From positions 450,001 through 482,000 of the forward strand of contig NZ_CP019384.1 of assembly GCF_004102945.1 (NCBI RefSeq): DNA of 32,000 nucleotides. The letters are read 5' to 3'. Position numbers and translations under genes: made by a program. Shown piece after piece: positions 1 through 8,223 of the stretch. Numbering within the stretch: position 1 is the first letter of the stretch; each line of letters starts with the position of its first letter. The notes under the pieces are model-generated. The model was not told the origin of the DNA. It saw only the letters and a list, made by a program, of their open reading frames with translations, and searched no databases. This DNA comes from Candidatus Velamenicoccus archaeovorus. GTDB taxonomy: Bacteria > Omnitrophota > Gorgyraeia > Velamenicoccales > Velamenicoccaceae.

Positions 1-522
1 CTTTTTGATTTAGGATTTGCGACCTTTTTTCTTAATCGTACAAATCGCTCTGGTATTATTACCGGAGGACCCATCGGCGGAATGATGCAAGAAGGAAAAT
101 ATAAAATTGATTGTCGTTTCAATGACGAAAACCTCATTAAAAGAATCCAGTTTATAGCAATTCATAAAAAAAATATTCGATTATATATGATGGATGCTTT
201 GTGTCTTATTGAAAAGATGCAAAATGAAAGGAAAGTGAATAATTTATTTTTTTATTTTGATCCACCGTATTATTCAAAAGGACCATTATTGTATATGAGT
301 CATTATGAACACGATGATCATAAAAAATTAAGTGAAGCCATTAAAAGAATTAATAAATCAAAATGGGTTGTTTCTTATGACAATACAAGAGAAATTAGAG
401 AATTGTATGCTACTTGTGAAAAGAGAGAATATTTTTTGCTTCATACTGCATATAAAGTCAAAAAAGGTGAAGAGATTTTATTTATCTCTAAGGGTTTGCT
501 AGTGCCAGATAAGGTAAATTAA
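1..522 (+). CDS. DNA adenine methyltransferase, Dam/D12 class (partial, 5' end outside window)
   Basis: Frame 1 is open from nt 1 (LFDLGFATFFLNRTNRSGII...). It carries the FLNRTxxxG-type motif and the catalytic FYFDPPYY (DPPY) motif. Composition is very AT-rich, unlike the rest of the window. Confidence 0.8.
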   Translation, partial: LFDLGFATFFLNRTNRSGIITGGPIGGMMQEGKYKIDCRFNDENLIKRIQFIAIHKKNIRLYMMDALCLIEKMQNERKVNNLFFYFDPPYYSKGPLLYMSHYEHDDHKKLSEAIKRINKSKWVVSYDNTREIRELYATCEKREYFLLHTAYKVKKGEEILFISKGLLVPDKVN

Positions 523-704
523 AAACTTAAGGAGTTAGATTGTTCGTAAATTGGAATTTCGAAGTCGTAATGCCTAATTTTTGGATTATTCTAGCTGAAA
601 ACTAAAAAATATACTAGTATTGTCAATAAAAGGGAAGAAGTTCTGTCTTTTACCCTGTAACCCACCCTGAATTTTATCCTGGGAATTTCTAAAAGGATAC
701 ATCA

Positions 705-1799
705 ATGACAAAAACACGAGGGATGAGGATTGGGGCGGTGGTGATTTTCTTTTTGGCCTTGACGGCGGGCGTGTCTTCGGCCTGCAGTGATTTTCAGCTC
801 AAAGCCAAAGACGGCACCATTGTGATCGGCCGTTCGATGGAGTTTCCCGTTGACCTGCATTCGCGCGTGGTCATCGTCCCCCGAGGCAGGCAGTTTGTTA
901 GCGTCAACGACAAGGGGGTCAAAGGGACCAGTTGGGTCAATAAATACGGTTTCCTGGGGATCGATGCCTATGGAGCCAAGAACACCTATGTCGAGGGTTT
1001 CAACGAGAAGGGGCTGGCTTTTGACGCGCTGATGTTTACGGGCGCCGAGTATCAAGAAGCCGTTGCCGGCCGATTCGTCACGATCAGCGATTTTGGCTCC
1101 TGGGTTATGGGGAATTTTGCGACAGTCGATGAGGTGAAGGCGGCTCTGTCCGATGTCAATGTCGCCGGCACGCGTCTCAAAGAAGCCGGTGGTGAGATAT
1201 ATATGCACATCGCCCTGCATGATGCCGGCGGAAAGAACCTGGTCATCGAGTTTATCGACGGCAAGGTCCATGTTTACGATAATCCGCTGGGCGTGATGAC
1301 GAACCGTCCGGATTTTTCCTGGCAGATCAACAACCTGCGCAACTATATCAATCTCGATGCGCACGACAGAAAAGACAAGGAGCTCGGCGGCCTTAAGATC
1401 GAACCCACGGGCGTGGGCAGCGGCATGCTTGGTTTGCCCGGCGATTGGACGCCGCCGTCGCGTTTTGTCCGTCTGGCGCTTAGCGTGGAGGCGGCCCTGC
1501 CGCCGGCGGATGCCGAGGAAGCCGTGAACCTGGCCCAGCATCTTTTAAACATCGTCGACATTCCCAAGGGGGTCATCAAAGAAAACCCTGAGCCTTTTGT
1601 TACCCTGGAAGGTTATGCCCAATGGGTGGTGATCAAGGATTTGACCAATCTTGTTTTGTATTATAAGACCTATGAAGATTCCGCCTTAAAGAAAGTAGAT
1701 CTAAAGCGTTTCGGTTTGTCTCCGGACAAGAAAGAGCTGTCGATCGCCATCGATGACCGCCGTCAGATCTTTATCGACGTCAGCGGAGACCTCAAATAG
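705..1799 (+). CDS. Linear amide C-N hydrolase, choloylglycine hydrolase / penicillin V acylase family (Ntn hydrolase), secreted
   Basis: The signal peptide ends ...GVSSA|CSDF, exposing an N-terminal nucleophile Cys. The 364 aa length and the PGDWTPPSRFVR block are typical of the family. AAGGA lies 6 nt upstream of the ATG. Confidence 0.8.
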   Translation: MTKTRGMRIGAVVIFFLALTAGVSSACSDFQLKAKDGTIVIGRSMEFPVDLHSRVVIVPRGRQFVSVNDKGVKGTSWVNKYGFLGIDAYGAKNTYVEGFNEKGLAFDALMFTGAEYQEAVAGRFVTISDFGSWVMGNFATVDEVKAALSDVNVAGTRLKEAGGEIYMHIALHDAGGKNLVIEFIDGKVHVYDNPLGVMTNRPDFSWQINNLRNYINLDAHDRKDKELGGLKIEPTGVGSGMLGLPGDWTPPSRFVRLALSVEAALPPADAEEAVNLAQHLLNIVDIPKGVIKENPEPFVTLEGYAQWVVIKDLTNLVLYYKTYEDSALKKVDLKRFGLSPDKKELSIAIDDRRQIFIDVSGDLK

Positions 1800-1829
1800 C
1801 GGTATTTTTTTGCGCAAGGGAAGGGTTTG

Positions 1830-1867
1830 GCGGCCATGATCAGGATGTCGATCATGGCCGCGTTTTT
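1830..1867 (+). terminator. Intrinsic terminator after the hydrolase gene
   Basis: Perfect 12-bp stem gcggccatgatc / gatcatggccgc with an 8-nt loop, followed by gttttt. Confidence 0.75.
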
Positions 1868-1906
1868 ATGTGCAGATGCGCAGGGAGCAAAGAGAGACTT
1901 GCGCGG

Positions 1907-2722
1907 CTAAGCCCTTAAAGCGTAATAATAGCCGTCTTTGGTCTTTATTTCTACAGGGACCCCAAAAAGCTTTTTGATGTTCTTGCCGTTCAATATCCTG
2001 CCCTTGGGGCCGTCTTCGAGGAATTTTCCTTTTTTCATGAGGATGACCCTGTCTATTTCCGGAATGATATCCTGGATATTTTGCGTCACAAGGATGATGT
2101 TCACTCCTGCCTTTGCGATCTTGCGCAAGATATTGCTGAATTTGTAGAGCGCGTGCAGGTCCAGACTGTTGGTCGGCTCATCAAGGATAAGCGCCCGGGG
2201 ATCGTGCACTAAAGCCCTGCCTATCAAAAAGCGCCTGGCTTCGCCCGAAGACATCTCATTGATCCTTCTGTCCTTGAGATGGGAGAGTTCCAGGAACCCG
2301 ATGATCTCGGCGGCTTTCCTTTTCATGCTACGGGTCAGGCGTTCTTTGTATAAGCCCACGGAACCGAAGAAACCGGACAGGACCGTTTCCAGGCCGGTGA
2401 TGTCTCTTGTGAAGGTATGCTGGAGGTCGTTCGACACGATGCCGAATAGAAAACGAAGATCGAAAATATTCCATCGGTCCTGTCCCAGGACTTTGAATGA
2501 GACGTCATTGTCGCACTGCAGGGGATAGTATTCCCTGGCGATCGTCTTGATGAAAGATGATTTGCCGGCGCCGTTCGGGCCGAGGATGGCGAGATTTTCT
2601 CCTGCGTTTATCGTGATCGAGACGGAATCCAGTACCTTTTTGTTATCTCCTTTTATGACCGTGATATTCCTGAATTCCAGGAGGGGTTGATCCGCTTTTC
2701 GTGTTTTTATGTTTTTGTTCAT
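1907..2722 (-). CDS. ABC transporter ATP-binding protein (solo, no adjacent permease)
   Basis: Walker A GPNGAGKSS, signature MSSGE, Walker B LILDEPTNSLD. 271 aa. Confidence 0.85.
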   Translation of the reverse strand: MNKNIKTRKADQPLLEFRNITVIKGDNKKVLDSVSITINAGENLAILGPNGAGKSSFIKTIAREYYPLQCDNDVSFKVLGQDRWNIFDLRFLFGIVSNDLQHTFTRDITGLETVLSGFFGSVGLYKERLTRSMKRKAAEIIGFLELSHLKDRRINEMSSGEARRFLIGRALVHDPRALILDEPTNSLDLHALYKFSNILRKIAKAGVNIILVTQNIQDIIPEIDRVILMKKGKFLEDGPKGRILNGKNIKKLFGVPVEIKTKDGYYYALRA

Positions 2723-3026
2723 AATGATCGCTTGAGATGTTTTCTAAATGTACTTTAACCTAAATATTATACTCCCCGCATAAAATTTCAATCTATTTCT
2801 ATGCGGCGGAGTATAAAAATATTGTTTAGCGTCTTAAAACACAGACAGTTTTCATGGAGTTCTTGGCCTGCATCGAGCAAGGACTTCAGTTCGTTTCACA
2901 AGGCGGGATTCCGTGCCTTCCTGGGATAGGGCACGCCTCATCCGATGGCCTTGAAGGTCTTTGCGCAAAGCCAAGGATAAAACCTCAAGGTGTTCAAAGA
3001 ACCTCTCTGAAAATGGCCGGATTTTC

Positions 3027-3054
3027 TTGTTTCCCCGCGCAATTCGGCTATAAT
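3027..3054 (+). promoter_or_regulatory. Sigma70-type promoter (TTGTTT-16-TATAAT) inside conserved 55-mer copy A
   Basis: ttgttt at 3027-3032 and tataat at 3049-3054. It lies upstream of the NlpC/P60 gene, and the same block recurs at 4751-4810. Confidence 0.5.
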
Positions 3055-3189
3055 GAAAAACTGATGATTCAGAGAGATCCAAGAGGGCGTGGGCCTATGG
3101 GATTTTTCTCATCTATTTCTCCCCGATACAAGCAATCCCGCCGATTTTTTATCAAAGACAGGCGGCGGCCTGATAAAAGCTGAAGGAGT

Positions 3190-4167
3190 TTGAGCAGGAA
3201 GATGGTCAACAAGACAATAATGGTCTTATTATTTGCCTTGATATTTTTTTCGCAGGCAGGCAGTGCTGTCGCCGCTCAAAGGTTTATGGTGGTGACAGCG
3301 CCGGTCGCCGATTTAAGGAAAGAACCCCAGGAAAGAGACTCCGCCTACGATCATGACGATCTGCAGGAGACCCAGGTATTGTTCAACGAAGTTCTCTTGT
3401 ATAAGTCTTCGATGGGCGATTGGTATTACGTCGAGGCTGTTGAGCAGAAAAACTTTAGGCAAGATAACCGGTGGAGGGGATACCGGGGGTATATCCGGAA
3501 AGAAGATACGAGGTTTGTCGGTCGGCTTCCGGAGTACAATTCCGTTGTCAGCGCCAGGATCGCCGATGTGTTCGACGCCCCTTTGCCGGATGCGCGGATT
3601 TTGCTTTCTGCTTCTATCGGAACGAGATTCAGGATCGTCGGCGATCAAAAAGATTTCTACAAGGTTGAGATGGGGGAAGGCGGTTTTGGCTGGGTCTCCA
3701 AGGATGCCTTGAGAAAGACAGAAGGGGTGATCCCGCGGACGGACACAAGAGAAGAGCTTATCGAAACCTCAAAGCTCTTTCTGGGGGTCCCCTACCTGTG
3801 GGGAGGGAGGTCTCAGGCGGGCGTCGACTGTTCAGGCTTGGTCAATCTCGTTTATCGTGCCCAGGGAATGGAAGTCCCCCGGGATGCGCAAGAACAGTGG
3901 ATGACGGCAAGAAAAATAACGGCGGGACAGTTAAGGCCGGCCGATCTGATATTCATATCGCGCAAAGACGATCTTGGCTCCATAGTCCACGTGATGCTGT
4001 TTTTGGGCGGCGAGGATTTTATCGAGGCCCCGGGAACAGGGAAGTCCGTTTGGATCACTGATTTCAAGAATAAATTCGGCATGGGTCTGGAAGATCTTAA
4101 AAGGCAAGATTTTGTCGTTGATGGAAAAAAGATATTTTTTGGGAGGGTCAAAGTCTTAGGAAGATGA
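3190..4167 (+). CDS. NlpC/P60 (C40) family peptidoglycan hydrolase with N-terminal SH3-like region, secreted
   Basis: Signal peptide present. Catalytic Cys context GVDCSGLVNLVY and downstream HVMLFLG. The ATG at 3202 is an alternative in-frame start. Confidence 0.85.
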   Translation: MSRKMVNKTIMVLLFALIFFSQAGSAVAAQRFMVVTAPVADLRKEPQERDSAYDHDDLQETQVLFNEVLLYKSSMGDWYYVEAVEQKNFRQDNRWRGYRGYIRKEDTRFVGRLPEYNSVVSARIADVFDAPLPDARILLSASIGTRFRIVGDQKDFYKVEMGEGGFGWVSKDALRKTEGVIPRTDTREELIETSKLFLGVPYLWGGRSQAGVDCSGLVNLVYRAQGMEVPRDAQEQWMTARKITAGQLRPADLIFISRKDDLGSIVHVMLFLGGEDFIEAPGTGKSVWITDFKNKFGMGLEDLKRQDFVVDGKKIFFGRVKVLGR

Positions 4168-4189
4168 CATCTTTTATTTTGTAGTCTAC

Positions 4190-4335
4190 GGCCGAGCCTG
4201 TCTTCCGCGCGCGGGGGCGAAGGGGCTGAGATCCTTGGTTTTTTAGGGCCCAATGGCGCCGGCAAGACCGCATCTATTCCGTCCAGACGGAAGTCGTCAA
4301 GTGCTGTCCGAAAAAATCGAAGAAGGAAAATTTGA
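4190..4335 (+). pseudogene. Remnant of an ABC-transporter ATPase N-terminus (Walker A only)
   Basis: Nt 4228-4269 translate to EILGFLGPNGAGKT. The frame then decays into Arg/Ser-rich junk and stops. There is no start codon and no rest of the domain. Confidence 0.45.
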
Positions 4336-4360
4336 CTGCATGTTTTGTGTAGAAAAAATT

Positions 4361-4478
4361 TTGACAGGAAAGATAAACGATTATAACATTATATCTTTCT
4401 GAGTGCATATATACAGGTTCGTGCGTGTGGAGAAGTATGAGACAAAGACGTCCATATGATCTTCTGGGGACGTCTTTT
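4361..4478 (+). promoter_or_regulatory. Repeat cassette copy 1: TTGACA-17-TAACAT promoter, short leader with mini-ORF start, hairpin with degraded T-tract
   Basis: About 97 nt (4382-4478) are near-identical to 9765-9862, with 2 mismatches by eye. TTGACA at 4361-4366, TAACAT at 4384-4389, stem aagacgtcc/ggacgtctt. Only 4 T follow the stem. Confidence 0.55.
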
Positions 4479-4640
4479 CAGACCACGGGCTTTCAGCCCG
4501 CGCCCTCAAGCTTTAATCTCGGTTTGCGGCTTGAGTTCTTCGATAAAAAGAATCTGACCCTGCTGGTCGATATGGATACGGCGTTCAAGGAAGATTATTA
4601 TGAGGGAGGCGGTTCGCTGACAGCCAAGTATAGTTTTTGA
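4479..4640 (+). pseudogene. C-terminal remnant of an outer-membrane beta-barrel protein
   Basis: The frame ends ...GGGSLTAKYSF*, an alternating hydrophobic beta-signal with terminal Phe. The 5' part is replaced by cassette copy 1, so the 71-aa ORF 4425..4640 is a chimera. Confidence 0.4.
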
Positions 4641-4758
4641 AACCCTCGCCTTGAATTTGTTTCCGCGCCGCAGGAACGCAAGAAGATCACCCTGCCGACA
4701 ACAACCCGGCACAGGCGTTAATTCCCCCAAAGCATCCTTTTTGAACCGCTGAATTTTC

Positions 4759-4786
4759 TTGTTTCCCCGCGTAATTCGGCTATAAT
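4759..4786 (+). promoter_or_regulatory. Sigma70-type promoter (TTGTTT-16-TATAAT) inside conserved 55-mer copy B, upstream of carB
   Basis: ttgttt at 4759-4764 and tataat at 4781-4786. The block 4751-4810 matches 3019-3078. Confidence 0.5.
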
Positions 4787-5016
4787 GGAAACCTGTGGAT
4801 TCAGAAAAGCCCGTCAGGACAAAGAAGTCAGCGGGCCTTTGACGTGCCTCGCGTTTTGAGACGCGGGGATTGATTTCCGCAGATACGAAACATCCTCCAT
4901 CTCTATGACGGACCTGACGATCAACGGCGATCGCCTTTACCGCAGTATCTTCCTTAACACACTCTTTGTCTCTCATCCTGTCTTAAATCCTGTTTCTGCC
5001 ATTTTCCGGAGGTTTC

Positions 5017-8000
5017 ATGCCCAGACGTAACGACATCCATAAGATCCTTATTATCGGTTCAGGCCCGATCATTATCGGCCAGGCGTGCGAGTTCGATTAT
5101 TCGGGGACCCAGGCGTGCAAGGCGTTGAAAAAAGAAGGTTATGAGATCGTTCTGGTTAACTCTAATCCGGCGACGATCATGACCGACCCGGGCATGGCGG
5201 ACAGGACATATATCGAACCCCTGACCGTTGAAAGCTTAGAGAAGATCATTGCCCAGGAAAGGCCCGATGCCCTGCTTCCGAATTTAGGCGGCCAGACCGG
5301 CCTTAATCTGGCGTCCAGCCTTTACAAGGCGGGTATCCTGAAAAAATACAAAGTCGAAGTGATCGGCGTCAAGGCGGACGCGATCGAACGCGGCGAAGAC
5401 CGGGAAGTTTTTAAGCAGACCATGAAGCAGTTGGATATTCCGGTACCTCGCTCGGAGATCGCGCATACCGTCGAGCAAGCCCAAGAGATCGCGTCGCGGA
5501 TCGGTTTGCCGGTCGTGGTCCGTCCGGCCTATACGCTGGGAGGGACCGGCGGCGGCATCGCCTACAACGGCGAGGAGCTTAAGGTCATCGCGACGCGCGG
5601 CCTGACCATGAGCATCGTCCATCAGGTTTTGATCGAAGAGGCGGTCATCGGCTGGGAAGAGCTTGAGCTTGAAGTCGTGCGCGACAAAAACAACCAGAAG
5701 ATCACCGTCTGTTTCATCGAAAATATCGATGCGATGGGCGTGCATACGGGCGACAGTTTTTGCGTGGCGCCGATGCTGACCGTCCCGAAAAAACTCCAGG
5801 AAAAAATGCAGGAGCTTTCCTATAAAATCGTTGACGCCATCGGCGTGGTCGGCGGCACGAACATCCAGTTTGCGCACAATAAGGCCGATGACCGCCTTGT
5901 CGTCATCGAGATCAACCCGAGGACGTCGCGCTCTTCGGCCCTGGCCTCCAAGGCCACGGGTTTTCCTATCGCCCTTGTGTCCACGCGGCTGGCGGCGGGG
6001 CTCACCCTTGATGAGATCCCATATTGGAAAGAAGGGACGCTGGAGAAGTATAAACCGAGCGGGGATTATGTCGTCATCAAATTTGCGCGCTGGGCCTTTG
6101 AGAAATTTGCGCAGGCCAAAGACGTCCTGGGGACCCAGATGAAGGCCGTCGGCGAAGTCATGAGCATCGGCAAGAATTTTAAAGAGGCTTTTCAAAAATC
6201 CATCCGGTCGCTTGAAATAGGCCGCCACGGGCTGGGCATGGCCAAGGATATCAGCAGTCTTTCGGCTGAAGAGCTCCTGGACCGCCTTTCGATGCCGTCG
6301 AGCGAGAGGGTGTTTTTGATGTATGAGGCCCTGCGCAAAGGCGTCAGCGTCAAAGAGCTCAATAAGCTGACGCACATCGGCTCCTGGTTCATCGGGGAGA
6401 TAAAAGACCTGGTGGAGTTCGAAGAGGAGATGAAGAAACATTCCTGGGGTGATCTTCCCGATGCGGGCCTCATCAAGGCCAAGGAGTGGGGTTTTTCCGA
6501 CAAATACCTATCCAAGCTTTTTAACGTCAAGGAATCCGAGGTGCGCAAAAAACGCCTGGCCGTGGGCAAGAAGGCCCGGTATGAAGCGGTGCCTGTCAGC
6601 GGCGTTGACAATGCCGCTTATTATTATTCGACGTATAGCGAAGGGAAAGACGAAGTCCCGGTATCACCGAACAAAAAAGTCATGATCCTGGGCGGCGGCC
6701 CCAACCGTATCGGCCAGGGGATCGAGTTTGATTATACCTGCGTGCATGCGGCGCTCGCGTTGCGGGATGAAGGTTATGAATCCATCATGGTGAATTGTAA
6801 TCCTGAGACCGTCTCGACCGATTACGATACGTCCAACAAGCTTTATTTCGAGCCCGTGACGGTGGAAGACGTCCTGGCCATTTACGAGAAAGAGAAGCCC
6901 ATCGGCGTGATCGCCCAGTTCGGCGGCCAGACGCCGCTGAATATCGCGGCAGAACTCAAGCGCTGCGGGGTCAGGATACTGGGGACGACTCCGGAGAATA
7001 TCGCCATGGCCGAGGACCGGGAACTTTTCCGCCAGAGGATGCTGGACCTGGGCATCCTGCAGCCGGAAAGCCAGACAGCGCGTTCGCTCGACGAGGCCCT
7101 GAAGATCGCCCAAAAGATCGGCTACCCTTTGATGGTCAGGCCTTCGTTTGTCCTGGGCGGCCGGGGCATGGAGATCATTTATGACGAATCGGCACTGGCC
7201 AAATACGCCCTGGAGGCCATCAACGTTTCGCCTGAATATCCCATGCTGATCGACAGGTTTTTGGAGGAGGCCCTCGAGACTGAAGTGGATGCGCTTTCTG
7301 ACGGGCAAGAGACGTTCGTCGCCGCCATCATGGAACACATCGAGCAGGCGGGCATTCACTCCGGGGACTCCGCCTGCGTGATCCCGCCGAGGTCCATCAA
7401 GCCCAAACACATCGAGACCATCATGAGATATACGGACATGATCGCCAAGAGCCTGGAGGTGGTCGGGCTGATGAATATCCAATATGCCATCTGCGGCGAC
7501 GAGGTTTATGTCTTGGAGGCAAACCCGCGGGCCTCCCGCACGGTCCCCGTTGTTTCCAAGGTCACGGGGATCCTGATCGCGCGCATCGCCACGCAGCTCA
7601 TGCTCGGCAAAAAGCTTACTGATTTTCCTCAACTGAAACGCAGGTTCAAGCCGCCCATGGTGGGCGTCAAAGAGGCCATCTTTCCTTTTAATATGTTTCC
7701 CGAAGTCGACCCTGTCCTTGGCCCCGAGATGAGAGCGACGGGCGAGGTGATGGGCGCTGCCGATACGTTTGAAGCCGCCTTCTTCAAGGCCGAGGACGCC
7801 GCGGGTTCGAGGCTTCCCCTTCAGGGGACCGTTTTGATCACTGTGACCGACAGCGATAAGAGGGAGGCCATCGGGTTGGCGCGCAAACTCAAAGAGCTGG
7901 GGTTCAACATTTATGCGACAGAACACACCGGACGCCATCTGAAAGAAAGAGGCATCGAAAACAGGGTGATCATGAAATTGCATGAGGGCAGGCCCAATAT

Positions 8001-8223
8001 CGCCGATGCCATTATCAACAAAGAAATCCAGTTGATCATCAACACGCCGGTGGGCAAGTCCGGCAAGGTCGACGACAGCTACATCCGGATCATGGCCATT
8101 CAGCATAAGATCCCGTATATCACGACGATGGCCGCGGCCAAGGCCAGCGTCGATGCGATCGAGGCCATGCGCAACAAAGAGATCGTTCCGAAGGCGCTGC
8201 AGGATTACCATAAGGGCGTGTAG
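5017..8223 (+). CDS. carB: Carbamoyl-phosphate synthase large subunit
   Basis: 1068 aa with two ATP-grasp halves (IGQACEFDYSGTQA and IGQGIEFDYTCVHA) and a C-terminal MGS-like domain. GGAGG lies 5 nt upstream of the ATG. No carA is adjacent. Confidence 0.97.
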   Translation: MPRRNDIHKILIIGSGPIIIGQACEFDYSGTQACKALKKEGYEIVLVNSNPATIMTDPGMADRTYIEPLTVESLEKIIAQERPDALLPNLGGQTGLNLASSLYKAGILKKYKVEVIGVKADAIERGEDREVFKQTMKQLDIPVPRSEIAHTVEQAQEIASRIGLPVVVRPAYTLGGTGGGIAYNGEELKVIATRGLTMSIVHQVLIEEAVIGWEELELEVVRDKNNQKITVCFIENIDAMGVHTGDSFCVAPMLTVPKKLQEKMQELSYKIVDAIGVVGGTNIQFAHNKADDRLVVIEINPRTSRSSALASKATGFPIALVSTRLAAGLTLDEIPYWKEGTLEKYKPSGDYVVIKFARWAFEKFAQAKDVLGTQMKAVGEVMSIGKNFKEAFQKSIRSLEIGRHGLGMAKDISSLSAEELLDRLSMPSSERVFLMYEALRKGVSVKELNKLTHIGSWFIGEIKDLVEFEEEMKKHSWGDLPDAGLIKAKEWGFSDKYLSKLFNVKESEVRKKRLAVGKKARYEAVPVSGVDNAAYYYSTYSEGKDEVPVSPNKKVMILGGGPNRIGQGIEFDYTCVHAALALRDEGYESIMVNCNPETVSTDYDTSNKLYFEPVTVEDVLAIYEKEKPIGVIAQFGGQTPLNIAAELKRCGVRILGTTPENIAMAEDRELFRQRMLDLGILQPESQTARSLDEALKIAQKIGYPLMVRPSFVLGGRGMEIIYDESALAKYALEAINVSPEYPMLIDRFLEEALETEVDALSDGQETFVAAIMEHIEQAGIHSGDSACVIPPRSIKPKHIETIMRYTDMIAKSLEVVGLMNIQYAICGDEVYVLEANPRASRTVPVVSKVTGILIARIATQLMLGKKLTDFPQLKRRFKPPMVGVKEAIFPFNMFPEVDPVLGPEMRATGEVMGAADTFEAAFFKAEDAAGSRLPLQGTVLITVTDSDKREAIGLARKLKELGFNIYATEHTGRHLKERGIENRVIMKLHEGRPNIADAIINKEIQLIINTPVGKSGKVDDSYIRIMAIQHKIPYITTMAAAKASVDAIEAMRNKEIVPKALQDYHKGV

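Noticed and set aside
540-605. 21-codon TTG ORF after AAGGAG downstream of the methyltransferase
   Set aside because: It is too short and featureless to call. It is mentioned only as a possible remnant.
702-1541. 279-aa minus-strand ORF opposite the choloylglycine-family hydrolase
   Set aside because: It is an antisense shadow ORF. The plus-strand protein has a signal peptide, the nucleophile Cys and family motifs, while the minus frame has none.
3064-3078. gattcagagagatcc resembles the PyrR-binding loop (UCCAGAGAGGCU)
   Set aside because: The copy upstream of carB, the pyrimidine-related gene, is the worse match (gattcagaaaagccc). No anti-terminator/terminator pair accompanies it, and no pyrR is seen here.
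4425-4640. 71-aa ORF as a genuine gene
   Set aside because: Its N-terminal 18 residues are the duplicated cassette mini-ORF, and the rest is the tail of an OMP. The fusion arises where the terminator T-tract is shortened, so it was treated as a chimera or pseudogene.
2852-4976. Minus-strand ORFs 2852..3082 and 4506..4976 share the peptide FHYSRI(A/T)RGNKKI, suggesting a repeated coding segment
   Set aside because: The shared stretch is exactly the reverse complement of the TTGTTT-16-TATAAT block. The few nucleotide differences between the copies are mostly non-synonymous in that frame, and similarity ends at the block edges. This is more consistent with a non-coding promoter element.
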